Positions 1 to 9,649 of a DNA stretch of 64,000 bases are shown piece by piece. The notes under the pieces were generated by a model. The model was not told the origin of the DNA. It worked only from the letters and a program-made list of their open reading frames with translations, and did not search any database. A program made the translations under genes and the position numbers. Source of the DNA: Candidatus Krumholzibacteriota bacterium (lineage in GTDB: Bacteria; Krumholzibacteriota; Krumholzibacteriia; JAJRXK01); the NCBI GenBank assembly GCA_963764625.1, contig CAVXTH010000009.1, forward strand, positions 224,001 to 288,000, in the 5' to 3' direction. Positions within the stretch are counted from its first letter, which is position 1, and the number at the start of each line of letters is the position of its first letter.

Positions 1-725
1 TCGAACCTCCCGGAGAGGTGAAACCCGAATCGGAGATCTACTGGCACCTCGCCCGTCGTCTGGGAATTCCCTCGTCACAACTCGAGGGTCTCATACCCGC
101 ACCCTCAGACGAATCGGTCACCGCCTATCTCCGCGCGCGCCTGGCGAAGTTTCCCTCGCTCTCACTCGAGGCTCTGGCGGAGGGACCGCAGCTCGCACCT
201 GGGCACCAGGAAATCGCCTTCTCGGACGGCGTGTTCGCAACCCCTTCGGGTAAAGTCGAACTGCTCGCTGAGGAAGCCTCTCGCCGCTGGGGAGCGGAGG
301 TCCTGCCCAGCTACGAAGAACCGGTGGAGTCGATCGAGAGACAAGAGAAAGGTGACGAGAGTCATCCCCTCTACTTCATGACCCCCAACACCAAGAACCG
401 GATCCACTCGCAGTTCAACAACCTGGAGATCATCCGGCAATTCAGCCCCCGCCCCTTCCTGCACATGCATCCTGGGGACGCTCAAAGGAGAGGGATCGAA
501 GCGGGCGCCCGCGTCAGGGTTTTCAACCGGCGGGGAAGTCTAAAGATCGAGGTTCGTCTCGACCCCGCGCTCAAGCCGGGATGCGTCTGCATGACCAACG
601 GGTGGTGGATCAGCCAGGGGGGAACGGTCAACTTCCTCTCGCGGGGTCGCGAGACCGACATGGGACACGGGGCGGCCTTTCACGAGAACCGGGTCGAAGT
701 GCAGCTCCTTTCGGCCGATAGGTAG
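1..725 (+). CDS. Molybdopterin oxidoreductase (DMSO-reductase superfamily) catalytic subunit, C-terminal part; 5' end is outside the window
   Basis: Frame open from the window edge (EPPGEVKPESEIY); FATPSGKVEL and the RIHSQF...MHPGDAQRRGI..G.RVRVFNRRG dinucleotide-binding domain. Confidence 0.9.
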   Translation, partial: EPPGEVKPESEIYWHLARRLGIPSSQLEGLIPAPSDESVTAYLRARLAKFPSLSLEALAEGPQLAPGHQEIAFSDGVFATPSGKVELLAEEASRRWGAEVLPSYEEPVESIERQEKGDESHPLYFMTPNTKNRIHSQFNNLEIIRQFSPRPFLHMHPGDAQRRGIEAGARVRVFNRRGSLKIEVRLDPALKPGCVCMTNGWWISQGGTVNFLSRGRETDMGHGAAFHENRVEVQLLSADR

Positions 726-728
726 AGC

Positions 729-2225
729 ATGCAGCGGTCCTTCCATCTGGATCTCAACCAGTGCACCGGCTGTGAAGCCTGCGTGGTCGCGTGCGCGATC
801 GAAAACGAGCTTCCCTGGGGGACGAGTTGGCGGAGGGTGGAAACCCACAACGAGAATCATCTGCCCGGCATTCCCTTCTTTCACCTCTCCCTGGCGTGCA
901 ATCACTGCGCGGACGCCCCGTGCCAGAAGCACTGTCCCGCCCTGGCCTACTCGAAGGACGAATTCACCGGAGCGGTGGTCCTCGATCCGAATCTCTGCAT
1001 GGGCTGCAAATACTGCACCTGGGCCTGTCCCTACGACGCCCCGGCCTACAACCCCTCGGTGGGAGTGGTTGAGAAGTGCACTTTCTGCAACGACCGCCAG
1101 AAGGAAGGACACTCTCCCGCTTGCGTGGCTCAGTGCCCGACCGGAGCGCTGCAGCTGGGCGAACTCGACGGGTCGGGCGAGTGGCGCGCTCTCGATACCC
1201 AAGCACGCGCTTCCCTCGGGCACGGCGGCGCGTCGCGCGATGGGGGACACGAATCCCCAGAAGAAGTGCCTTCCCCGCCGCAGGCGGCGGTGGAGGGGTT
1301 TCCCTCAACTTCCGCGCGACCCTCGATTCGCTTCACGCCTCTGCGCGCGAACCATCTCTTTCCCAAAGTGGCCTCGGAGGCGAGCTGGTGGGGTCCGGGT
1401 CCGGCCCCGATGCGCGCGTCCGCGCGGATCAGCTTGCGGCGGGAATGGCCCCTGGCCGTCTTCACTCTTCTCACCGCGTTTCTGGTGGGATGGATGGCGG
1501 CAAGAGTCGCCGGACCCCGACTCGGCGGGTTGGGCATGCGGGGACCCGGGTTCGACGCCCGGCTTGCTCCGTTGTTCTTTTTGGGGCTGAGCCTGGCTGG
1601 AATGGGCTTGAGCACCCTGCACCTGGGTCGCAAGAGCCGCGCGTATCGCAGCATTCTCAACCTTCGCCATAGCTGGTTGAGCCGGGAAATCTTCTTCTAC
1701 TCCGCCTTCGTGGGGCTGGCGGGCATCTCGTGGTTGCACTCTCCGCTCAATGCAGCCGCGCAATGGGCCGCGCCAATCACGGGCTTTGCGGCACTTTTTT
1801 CCATGGACAGCGTCTACCTCGTCACCGGGACGCAGGGGCTGCGGCGCCACAGCGCGCAGGTCTTTCTCACCGGACTTCTGGTGTTCTCGTTGATGAGTTC
1901 TTCGGTGGTTCTGGTGGGGGGCTTCCTCTTGCTGAAGCTCCTGTTGTATCTTGCGCGCAAGATCGAGGGCCCAAGCCCATGGAGGGTCCGGCTCGGCTGG
2001 ATCGGTCTCTTGCGTCTGGGTGGCGGGATCCTTCTCCCGGTGGCAGTTTGGTGGTGGAAGGCAGAGGATGTCGCCGGTTTGGTGCTGCTTCTGATCGCGC
2101 TCGGGGAAATTTTGGACCGCTGCGAATTCTACCGGGAGCTGCGGGTCACGACTCCACGCCGCCAGATAGAGACGGACTTACGGAAGGCGCTCGCGAATGT
2201 CCTCCCCGCGCCAGTGGTTCCCTAG
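729..2225 (+). CDS. Fused 4Fe-4S dicluster subunit (DmsB-like) and DmsC/YnfH-like membrane anchor
   Basis: Four Cys clusters (CTGCEAC..C, CNHC..PC..HCP, CMGCKYC..ACP, KCTFC..PAC..QCP), then EWPLAVFTLL, STLHLGR and SWLSREI DmsC motifs with many TM helices. Confidence 0.88.
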   Translation: MQRSFHLDLNQCTGCEACVVACAIENELPWGTSWRRVETHNENHLPGIPFFHLSLACNHCADAPCQKHCPALAYSKDEFTGAVVLDPNLCMGCKYCTWACPYDAPAYNPSVGVVEKCTFCNDRQKEGHSPACVAQCPTGALQLGELDGSGEWRALDTQARASLGHGGASRDGGHESPEEVPSPPQAAVEGFPSTSARPSIRFTPLRANHLFPKVASEASWWGPGPAPMRASARISLRREWPLAVFTLLTAFLVGWMAARVAGPRLGGLGMRGPGFDARLAPLFFLGLSLAGMGLSTLHLGRKSRAYRSILNLRHSWLSREIFFYSAFVGLAGISWLHSPLNAAAQWAAPITGFAALFSMDSVYLVTGTQGLRRHSAQVFLTGLLVFSLMSSSVVLVGGFLLLKLLLYLARKIEGPSPWRVRLGWIGLLRLGGGILLPVAVWWWKAEDVAGLVLLLIALGEILDRCEFYRELRVTTPRRQIETDLRKALANVLPAPVVP

Positions 2226-2268
2226 ACTGTAACCGTGGGCGAATCGTCTGGGAAGGATGAGAGATCCC

Positions 2269-2727
2269 ATGAAATTTACGATGCAGGTGAACGGAGCGAA
2301 GCACACAGTGGACGTCCCCGCCGAGATGCCGTTGCTGTGGGTCTTGCGCGACGTGCTCGAGCTCACCGGAACCAGGTTCGGATGTGGTCAAGGGGACTGT
2401 GGCGCGTGCACGGTGCTGGTGGAGGGCCGGGCGCGGCGCTCCTGCATCACTTCGATCGACGAAGTCGCAAGCAAGAAGATCCTCACCATCGAGGGCTTGG
2501 CCGAAGAAACTCTCCATCCGCTGCAAGAGGCCTGGTTGGCCGAGCAGGTGTCCCAGTGCGGTGCCTGCCAATCCGGGATGATCCTCAGCGCTGTCGCTCT
2601 GCTCGAGGACGTTTCCGACCCCAGCGACGCGCAGATCGACTCGAGACTGGGGGCGAATCTGTGTCGCTGTGGGACCTATCAACGCGTGCGCAGGGCGATT
2701 CACCGCGCCGCCGGGGTGAAGCGATGA
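2269..2727 (+). CDS. iorA: (2Fe-2S)-binding subunit of an isoquinoline/aldehyde oxidoreductase
   Basis: GTRFGCGQGDCGACTV, QCGACQSG, NLCRCGTY; start 2269 or 2257. Confidence 0.9.
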   Translation: MKFTMQVNGAKHTVDVPAEMPLLWVLRDVLELTGTRFGCGQGDCGACTVLVEGRARRSCITSIDEVASKKILTIEGLAEETLHPLQEAWLAEQVSQCGACQSGMILSAVALLEDVSDPSDAQIDSRLGANLCRCGTYQRVRRAIHRAAGVKR

Positions 2728-4902
2728 GCGATCAGCCCAAGGACCAAAGGGGCAAGCGCCTGATGTCCCGACGCGGGTTCCTGGCCCTCTCCGCCATTGG
2801 GGGAACCGGCCTGGTCTTGGCTCTCACTCTGCCGCGCCACGTGGGAGGGCTTCTCGCGCCCCTGGGCGAGGCGCAGAAGGAGGGTCCCGATCTCTTCGTG
2901 CGCATCACACCCCAGAATGAAGTGATCATCAAAGTGGTGCGATCGGAGATGGGACAGGGAGTGCGCACAGCTTTGCCCATGATTCTCGCCGAAGAGTTGG
3001 ACGCCGATCTGTCGACCGTCGTGGTCGAACAGGGCGATGCCGACGCCAGGTATTTCATGGGAACCGCGGGAAGTCAGAGCATCTTCCGGTCGTTCGAGCT
3101 CTTGAGAAGGGCGGGGGCCGCGGCGCGTCTCATGCTGCTGCAGGCCGCGGCACAACGCTGGAACGAAGGACAAAGCCGGTGTCGCACCGAGTCGGGTTTC
3201 GTGCTTGGACCGCGCGAACAGAAGCTCAGCTACGGCGAGTTGGCCGAGGAAGCGGCAAAGCTGGAGCTCCCGCCGCATTCGACGCTCAAGGAGACGGCCG
3301 AGTTCACCCTCGTCGGAACCGAGCCACCTCGCTACGGCGGCGAGGATATCGTGCGCGGTCGCGCGCAGCTCGGGCAGGACACACGCGTGCCCGGCCTGCG
3401 CTTCGCTTCCCTGGAGCGGCCGCCGACCAAGGGAGCCGAACTGAGGGAGTTCGACGAGAGCGCGGCCAAAAGAGTGCCGGGAGTCCTCGAGGTATTCGCC
3501 TTGGACGAGGGGGTGGCGGTTCTCGCCGAGAACACCTGGGCCGCATTTCAGGGACGCGAGGCTCTGCGGGCGAAATGGCGCGAGGGCAAGGCGGCCGAGT
3601 TTTCCACCCACGAGCTGCAGCGCCGCATGGACGAGGCTCTGCGCCGTCCTGGAAAATCGGTCCACGGGGACGAGGACGCCGAGAAAGAACTCGAGAACGC
3701 GGAAGACCTCATCGAGGCGCGCTACGAACTCCCGTTTCTGGATCAGGCTCCGATGATCCCCCTCAATTGCACCGCCGTCGTCGAGCGAGTCGGAGACCGA
3801 GATCTGGGCGCCGGCCCAGTTTCCGAACTGGGCCAAGAGGGAGGTCGCTCACCGTGTCGGTCTGTCCGAGGACCAGATCACTCTCCACGTGACCCTCATC
3901 GGCAGTGGATTCGGCCGGCGCATTTACCCCGACGTGATCATCGAGGCAGCGGCGATCGCCAAGCGGGCGCAAGTGCCGGTGCAACTCGTGAATACGCGTA
4001 AGGACAATTTTCGGCACGGAGTCTACCGTCCTGCAAACCACCACCTCCTCCGCGCGCGACTCGATGCCAACGGAATGCCGCGCGCGTGGAGCCACAGAAT
4101 TGCCGGCCCTTCGATCACCGCCAGCTGGTCTCCTCGCAGCTCTCACCCGGAGGCCTTCGAGATTCAGGGGGCGGCGGATCTTCCCTACGCCATCGAGAAG
4201 ATCCACGTCAGCTACGCTCGGGTCCCGGTTCCGGTGAGATTGGGCGCGATGCGAGGGGTCGCGCGGGTGAACAACGCTTTCGTCACAGAGTGCTTTCTCG
4301 ACGAACTCGCGCACGCTGCCGGACGCGACCCCCTGCAGTACCGGCTCGAGTTGCTCCAGGGAAGGGAAACTTTCGAGAGCGAAGGCGAGAACATCGAGCC
4401 CGAGCGCCTGGCCGCGGTGCTGCGCCTGGCGGCTGAGAAGGCGGGCTGGGGGAAGACCATGCCCGCGGGCCATGGCCTGGGGATCGCCGCCAATGCGTAC
4501 TCCTCCTGTCAGAGCTACTCGGCGGAGGTGGCCCACGTCGAGCTTCTTCCCGGCGGCAAACTTCGGGTGCACGAGGTGTGGTGCGCGGTGGACTGTGGAA
4601 TCGTGGTTCATCCCGACCTGGTGCGTGCTCAATTCGAGGGCGGAGTGGTCTATGGGCTGAACTCGGTCCTGAAGCATCGTCTCAGTTTCGAGAAGGGCCG
4701 CGCCAAAGAGATCGACTTCCGCGACTACCCTCTGCTCACCCTCAAAGAAGCGCCGGAAGTGAGGGTGTACTTCGTGAAAAGCGATCGGCCGCCCGGGGGC
4801 ATCGGAGAGCCCCCTCTGCCTCCTCTGGCGCCTGCGGTCTGCAATGCCGTGTTCGCAGCGGGCGGCAGGAGGGTGCGAGTCTTGCCCATCGGCGAGTTCT
4901 GA
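2724..4902 (+). pseudogene. iorB: Molybdopterin cofactor-binding subunit (IorB-like, Tat-exported), split by a single frameshift near 3783 (real or sequencing error)
   Basis: SRRGFL Tat motif, RSEMGQGVRT; ...PLNCTAVV in the frame of 2724 continues as SESETEIWAPAQ...GSGFGRR...GGIGEPP in the frame of 3889. Confidence 0.85.
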
Positions 4903-4923
4903 GCGTTACCGGGTTGCGGCGCG

Positions 4924-5700
4924 TCAAGTGAGCCGCAACGCGACGAGCGCGAGCAGAGCTCCGCCGAGAAGTGATCCGTCGACGAAAGTCGCCACGTAGA
5001 TCTCGTCGTCGCGACGGGGGAGAAGCGTCAGGAAGAGGAGCAGGGGAATCAGCCCCAAGAAGCGCGGACTTCCCCGCAGGAACAGCGCCGAAGCGGCTCC
5101 CGCCAAGGAGAGTAACAGGGCCGCGTTCCACGCCTTTGCCGGACCCAACCACTTGGCCTCGGCTTCGCGATCGGCGGCATCGCAGGCCAGGACGTTGGCG
5201 AACACCGCGAGCCCCACCGGAGCGAAATCCCTCAGGACGCCCAGAATTGGCAGTCCTCCCCAGAGGGTCGGAATCCCCCCCACCACGATCAGCCAGGCCA
5301 GGGCGATGTAGAGCGGCTTGACCATCGGCAACTTCTTCAAGTTGTGGTGCACGAGAGAGAGCGCGAAGACCAAGAGCAAGAGAAAGGCGATTCCCCATCC
5401 GGCGAGAAGGCCCAGCACCGCCGTGCCGGCGAAACCGATCAATCCGGCCAGGAGCAGGAGACGATGGTAGCTCTGAACGAATCGCCAGCGCCTCGGTTTG
5501 GTGAGCGCATCGCTTCGCCGTCCCCTCAGCCGATCAAAGTTGTAGACCGTGAAACTCCCCATGCAGACCAATAGATAGAGGGTGAAGGGCAAGTGTACTC
5601 CGAGGGCCCCCGCGACCGCGGCCAGGAGCGCGACCGCGATGGCGGAAATCCACAGCCCACTGTAGAGGAGAAAGTTTATGCGTGAGAACTCACGCGAGAG
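4924..5700 (-). CDS. UbiA-prenyltransferase-like multi-pass membrane protein; start codon uncertain
   Basis: About 8 TM helices; YNFDRL, KKLPMVKPLYIALAW and DAADREAE resemble degenerate UbiA Asp-rich motifs. Confidence 0.6.
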   Translation of the reverse strand, partial: LSREFSRINFLLYSGLWISAIAVALLAAVAGALGVHLPFTLYLLVCMGSFTVYNFDRLRGRRSDALTKPRRWRFVQSYHRLLLLAGLIGFAGTAVLGLLAGWGIAFLLLLVFALSLVHHNLKKLPMVKPLYIALAWLIVVGGIPTLWGGLPILGVLRDFAPVGLAVFANVLACDAADREAEAKWLGPAKAWNAALLLSLAGAASALFLRGSPRFLGLIPLLLFLTLLPRRDDEIYVATFVDGSLLGGALLALVALRLT

Positions 5701-5707
5701 ATCGGGA

Positions 5708-6097
5708 TTAACTCGGATCGACGTAGGATTTCTCCTCCACGATGCTCGAGCCGGTAGCAATGTTGATCCGCCGTTTGATCCCACATCGCTCGTCGTTGCG
5801 GCGGTATACGGCGCGGGCCAGAGCGATAAAGGCCTCGCCGAAGTCGCGGCGAGCCTCACAGCCACGAATCTCATCCTCGATCTCCCACAGCGCTTCGTTC
5901 ACCGCCGCGAGCTCGCCAAGCCATTGCTCGAGCTGGGACTCCTCGAGGGGAAGGCCCTTGGCCACGGCCAGAAGGGCCTTCAGCTCCCGGCGCACGTTGG
6001 CCAGTTTCTTCTCGTCACCGATTCGCGCCTCCTTGATGCGCAGAATCGAGAGCTTATCCAAGAGCTCTCCGGCGGAGATGGGAATGTGAAGCTCCAA
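5708..6097 (-). CDS. DUF6165-family protein
   Basis: IPISAGELLDKLSILRIK...LWEIEDEIR...FIALARAVYRRNDER..IKRRIN...EEKSY; TTG start after GGAGG. Confidence 0.85.
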   Translation of the reverse strand: MELHIPISAGELLDKLSILRIKEARIGDEKKLANVRRELKALLAVAKGLPLEESQLEQWLGELAAVNEALWEIEDEIRGCEARRDFGEAFIALARAVYRRNDERCGIKRRINIATGSSIVEEKSYVDPS

Positions 6098-6217
6098 GGA
6101 GATCCTCCCCAGGCTGGTGGCGGGACGAGAACTCACCGACAGTATAGGGGTACCCCGGCCCCGGCCCCAAGCGCGGGTGGAACTCTCTTTTCCTTTCCAG
6201 CCCACCCGCTCTGCGCC

Positions 6218-6246
6218 TTGACACCACCCCAAGCATTTTCTAGCCT
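6218..6246 (+). promoter_or_regulatory. sigma70-type promoter for speD-speE
   Basis: TTGACA-N17-TAGCCT. Confidence 0.6.
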
Positions 6247-6369
6247 TGTGACCCAATTTCGACCGGGAGCTCTTCTCCTCCGGATCCAATTGGTGGTTTC
6301 GCGTCCGGGTCGGCCGTGGGTCGGCCCGACAGGATCACTGGTTCTTCTCTCTCGCTCCGGAGTCAACTC

Positions 6370-6819
6370 GTGGAAACCATTGGACGTCACCTGATCGCCG
6401 AGTACTACGGCTGCACCAGCAGCGCACTCAATGATGTCGACCAGCTGCGAGAATACATGATTCACGCGGCCGAGACGGTGGGTGCCACGGTGATGGGAGA
6501 GACTTTCCATGCCTTCTCTCCCCAGGGCGCCAGCGGCACGGTCGTGATCGCCGAATCCCATCTGTCCATTCATACCTGGCCGGAGCGTGGTTACGTTGCG
6601 GTGGACATCTATACCTGCGGCGGGCTCGATCCCCGACCCGGCTTCGAGTTTCTCGCGGAAGTGCTGGAGGCGCAGAGCTACCGGGTACAGGAAATCCTGC
6701 GGGGTCTCCCCGAGGATCTAGACCACCACGGCATGCTCCTCCCCGAGGACGTCAGCGTGATCACGAAACTCCCGGAGATGCGACCCCTCGCTCCTCGTCG
6801 CATCGCTCAGGGAGCCTGA
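6370..6819 (+). CDS. speD: S-adenosylmethionine decarboxylase proenzyme
   Basis: GRHLIAE...FSPQGASGTVVIAESHLSIHTWPE...DIYTCG pyruvoyl self-cleavage motif; GTG start with GGAG RBS. Confidence 0.95.
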   Translation: METIGRHLIAEYYGCTSSALNDVDQLREYMIHAAETVGATVMGETFHAFSPQGASGTVVIAESHLSIHTWPERGYVAVDIYTCGGLDPRPGFEFLAEVLEAQSYRVQEILRGLPEDLDHHGMLLPEDVSVITKLPEMRPLAPRRIAQGA

Positions 6820-6825
6820 GTCTCG

Positions 6826-7746
6826 TTGAGCGCCGAAGAACACCACGACGAGCCCATCGAGATGACAGGCGAAATGCGCGGAGGTCTCTCCGAGGGTTGG
6901 CACACCGAGGAGGGATTCGGCGCGGTGCGGCTCGGCTTGCGCGTATCCTCCCTTCTCCACGAAGAACAGTCCGAGTATCAGAAGATCGCGGTCTGTGAGA
7001 GCGAGTTCTTTGGCCGCATCCTGCTCCTGGACGATCTCATCATGCTCACCGAGCGCGACGAGTTCGTGTATCACGAGATGATCACTCACGTTCCGCTCTG
7101 CGGAATTGAGAACCCGCGTAGAGTCCTGGTCATCGGGGGCGGCGACTGCGGGTGCCTCCGGGAGATCCTCAAGCACGAGAGCGTGGAGCGCGCGGTGCTG
7201 TGCGAGATCGACGAGCGCGTGACCGCGGTGTGCCGCGAGTTCTTTCCCTGGGTAGAGGATGTCGCCGGTGACCCGCGGGTGGAGCTGGCGTTCGCCGACG
7301 GGGTCGCTCACGTGAAGGAACATCCGCAAGAGTACGACCTGGTCATCGTGGACAGCACCGATCCCATCGGTCCGGCGGTCAACCTCTTCCGTCGCGAATT
7401 CTACGCGAGCGTCGCGCGGTGTCTGAAGCCCGGCGGCGTGATGGTGGCTCAGACGGAGTCGCCGTTCTATTCCCCGAAGGTGCTTGGTCGCATCAAGGCC
7501 GAGCTGGCCGAGGCCTTCCAGTGGGTCGATTTCTACCTCGGCTTCATTCCCACCTATCCGAGCGGATGTTGGAGCTGGGCCCACGCGAGCAACGATCGAG
7601 CCCACGACGCCTACTTCGACGAGGCGCGGGCCGAGCGGCTGGCCCGCTCCTGCCGCTACTACAATCCGGCGATCCACCGGGCTGCCTTCGCGCTGCCGAA
7701 CTTCGCGCGCGCCGCCGTTACAGAAGACGATTCCTCGAAGAAGTAG
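6826..7746 (+). CDS. speE: Spermidine synthase (polyamine aminopropyltransferase)
   Basis: DEFVYHEMITH, VLVIGGGD, CEIDE, DSTDPIGPA, PTYPSG; follows speD. Confidence 0.95.
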   Translation: MSAEEHHDEPIEMTGEMRGGLSEGWHTEEGFGAVRLGLRVSSLLHEEQSEYQKIAVCESEFFGRILLLDDLIMLTERDEFVYHEMITHVPLCGIENPRRVLVIGGGDCGCLREILKHESVERAVLCEIDERVTAVCREFFPWVEDVAGDPRVELAFADGVAHVKEHPQEYDLVIVDSTDPIGPAVNLFRREFYASVARCLKPGGVMVAQTESPFYSPKVLGRIKAELAEAFQWVDFYLGFIPTYPSGCWSWAHASNDRAHDAYFDEARAERLARSCRYYNPAIHRAAFALPNFARAAVTEDDSSKK

Positions 7747-7771
7747 GCGTTTCCGCCGCGCTCCAGAGAGC

Positions 7772-9364
7772 TCAGCGCGCCCCCGGGCCCAGGACCAGGG
7801 GGGCGAGCCACCAGCACATCAGGGTCACCACCACCAGCCCCAGGGCATCCAGAATGAGCCCCAGTCGGGCCATCTGACGAATACTGATCCATCCGCTGCC
7901 GAAGACGATGGCGTTGGGTGGGGTGGCGACCGGCAGCATGAAGGCGAGGGAGGAGGCCAGAGCCGCGGGCACCATCAAGAGGAGGGGAGGCGCGTCGATA
8001 CTGCGCGCGACCTCTGCCAGAATGGGCATGAGGAGGATGGCGGTGGCGGTATTGCTGGTCACTTCCGTGAGTGCCATGGCCAAGAGCGAGATCAGGGCGA
8101 TGATCAAGGGAAGGGGCAGACTCTGCAAGCCGTGGAGACCGCTGCCGAACCAGGTGGCCAGCCCGCTGTCCTGAAAGCCCTTTGCCAGGGCGAACCCGCC
8201 GCCGAAGAGGATGAGGATTCCCCAGGGCGAACGGGTTCGAATGCTCTCCCAGTCGAGCAGGGGAACCCGGCGGCCATCCTGGGGACGGTAGGCACGCAAC
8301 GCGGTGAGCAGGATCCCCACCCCGATGGCCACCGTGGTGTCCTGCAGGTAGTCGGAGTGTGGGAAGAGCTGCGACCAGCCCGGCAAAGTGAGCGTGCCCA
8401 GGGGCAGGGGTTTGCGGGTGATCCAGAGGATCGCGGCGAGGAGGAAGCAGGAGAGAACGAGTCTCTCTCCGCTCGCCATCGGTCCGAGCTTCTCCTGTTC
8501 CCTTCGCAGGACCTCTCGTCCCACATCTTGGGATTCTCCACTGACCAGATTCCGCTGCGGGCCGAAGCGCATGAGGACGAAGTACGCCATGGCGAGCATC
8601 GCGATCGAGATGGGGACCCCCAAGAGCATCCAGCTTCCGAACGAAATCTCCGGAAGCTCGGGGAAGAGGGTCTTCACCTGTCCGACGAGCACGATGTTGG
8701 GCGGCGTGCCTACCAGGGTGGCGAGGCCCCCGACGCCAGCTCCGTAGGCCAGCGCCAACATGAGGGCTCCGCCCAGTTTCTCTTCGAACGGAGCATCCGC
8801 GTCGCCGAGCCCGTGGGCACGGGCGCTCTCTGCCAGGGTGCGAACCACTGCCATCGCAATGGGAAGGAGCATGACGGTGGTGGCGGTGTTGGAGATCCAG
8901 GCCGAGAGGAAGGCCGAGGTCAAGAGAAAGCCCAGCACCAGACGCTGCGGCCGGGTGCCCACCCGCTGGACCAATCCCAACGCGATGCGCCGGTGCAGGT
9001 TCCAGCGTTCCATCGCGATCGCGATCATGAAGCCGCCCAGAAAGAGGAAGACCAGATGATCGCCGTAGTTCTGTGCCGTGGCTCGGCTCGAGAGGATTCC
9101 GAGCGCAGGGAAGAGCACCAGAGGCAGAAGCGCCGTCACCGCCAGGGGGAGGGCCTCGCTGATCCACCAGAACGCCATGAGGACCGCGACGGCCAGGGTG
9201 TGCCATCCCTTGGACCCAAGTCCGGACGGTGGCGGCAAGAGAAGGAAGACGACGAGCAGCAGGACGCCGGAAACGAGGAAGATGAGATGCCGGTCCACCG
9301 CGTGACTCCGGCCAGGACCGGAGCCTGAATTCGATGCCGCGGAATCCGAATGGGGGACGTTCAT
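7772..9364 (-). CDS. SLC13/DASS sodium:dicarboxylate/sulfate symporter
   Basis: Two SNTAT motifs, GTPPN, MLPVATPPNAIVFG; multi-TM. Confidence 0.92.
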   Translation of the reverse strand: MNVPHSDSAASNSGSGPGRSHAVDRHLIFLVSGVLLLVVFLLLPPPSGLGSKGWHTLAVAVLMAFWWISEALPLAVTALLPLVLFPALGILSSRATAQNYGDHLVFLFLGGFMIAIAMERWNLHRRIALGLVQRVGTRPQRLVLGFLLTSAFLSAWISNTATTVMLLPIAMAVVRTLAESARAHGLGDADAPFEEKLGGALMLALAYGAGVGGLATLVGTPPNIVLVGQVKTLFPELPEISFGSWMLLGVPISIAMLAMAYFVLMRFGPQRNLVSGESQDVGREVLRREQEKLGPMASGERLVLSCFLLAAILWITRKPLPLGTLTLPGWSQLFPHSDYLQDTTVAIGVGILLTALRAYRPQDGRRVPLLDWESIRTRSPWGILILFGGGFALAKGFQDSGLATWFGSGLHGLQSLPLPLIIALISLLAMALTEVTSNTATAILLMPILAEVARSIDAPPLLLMVPAALASSLAFMLPVATPPNAIVFGSGWISIRQMARLGLILDALGLVVVTLMCWWLAPLVLGPGAR

Positions 9365-9649
9365 CGCGGGTCGAGGCTACGTCCACGCTTTTGGACGGTC
9401 AAGCGCGGCGCGAGATCCAGCCGCGAAGGAAAACCATGCACTCGGGGTCAGCATGGGGAGCCGCCGGGTCGAAGGGCGATCGTAAAGAAGCGATCGGGTA
9501 CGCAAAGAGATGAAACGATGGGCAACCACCCTCAAGAACGCTCCCGAAGGGGAAACCACACGGAATCGATCTCTGGTCCAAATCGTGCAAGCCTGGTAGA
9601 TTTTCCGCGCCACGAGGTGGTAAGACGTATGATCGCGGTGGAGGCGCCA

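Noticed and set aside
3770-3800. Programmed ribosomal frameshift in iorB
   Set aside because: No slippery heptamer or homopolymer; an indel is simpler
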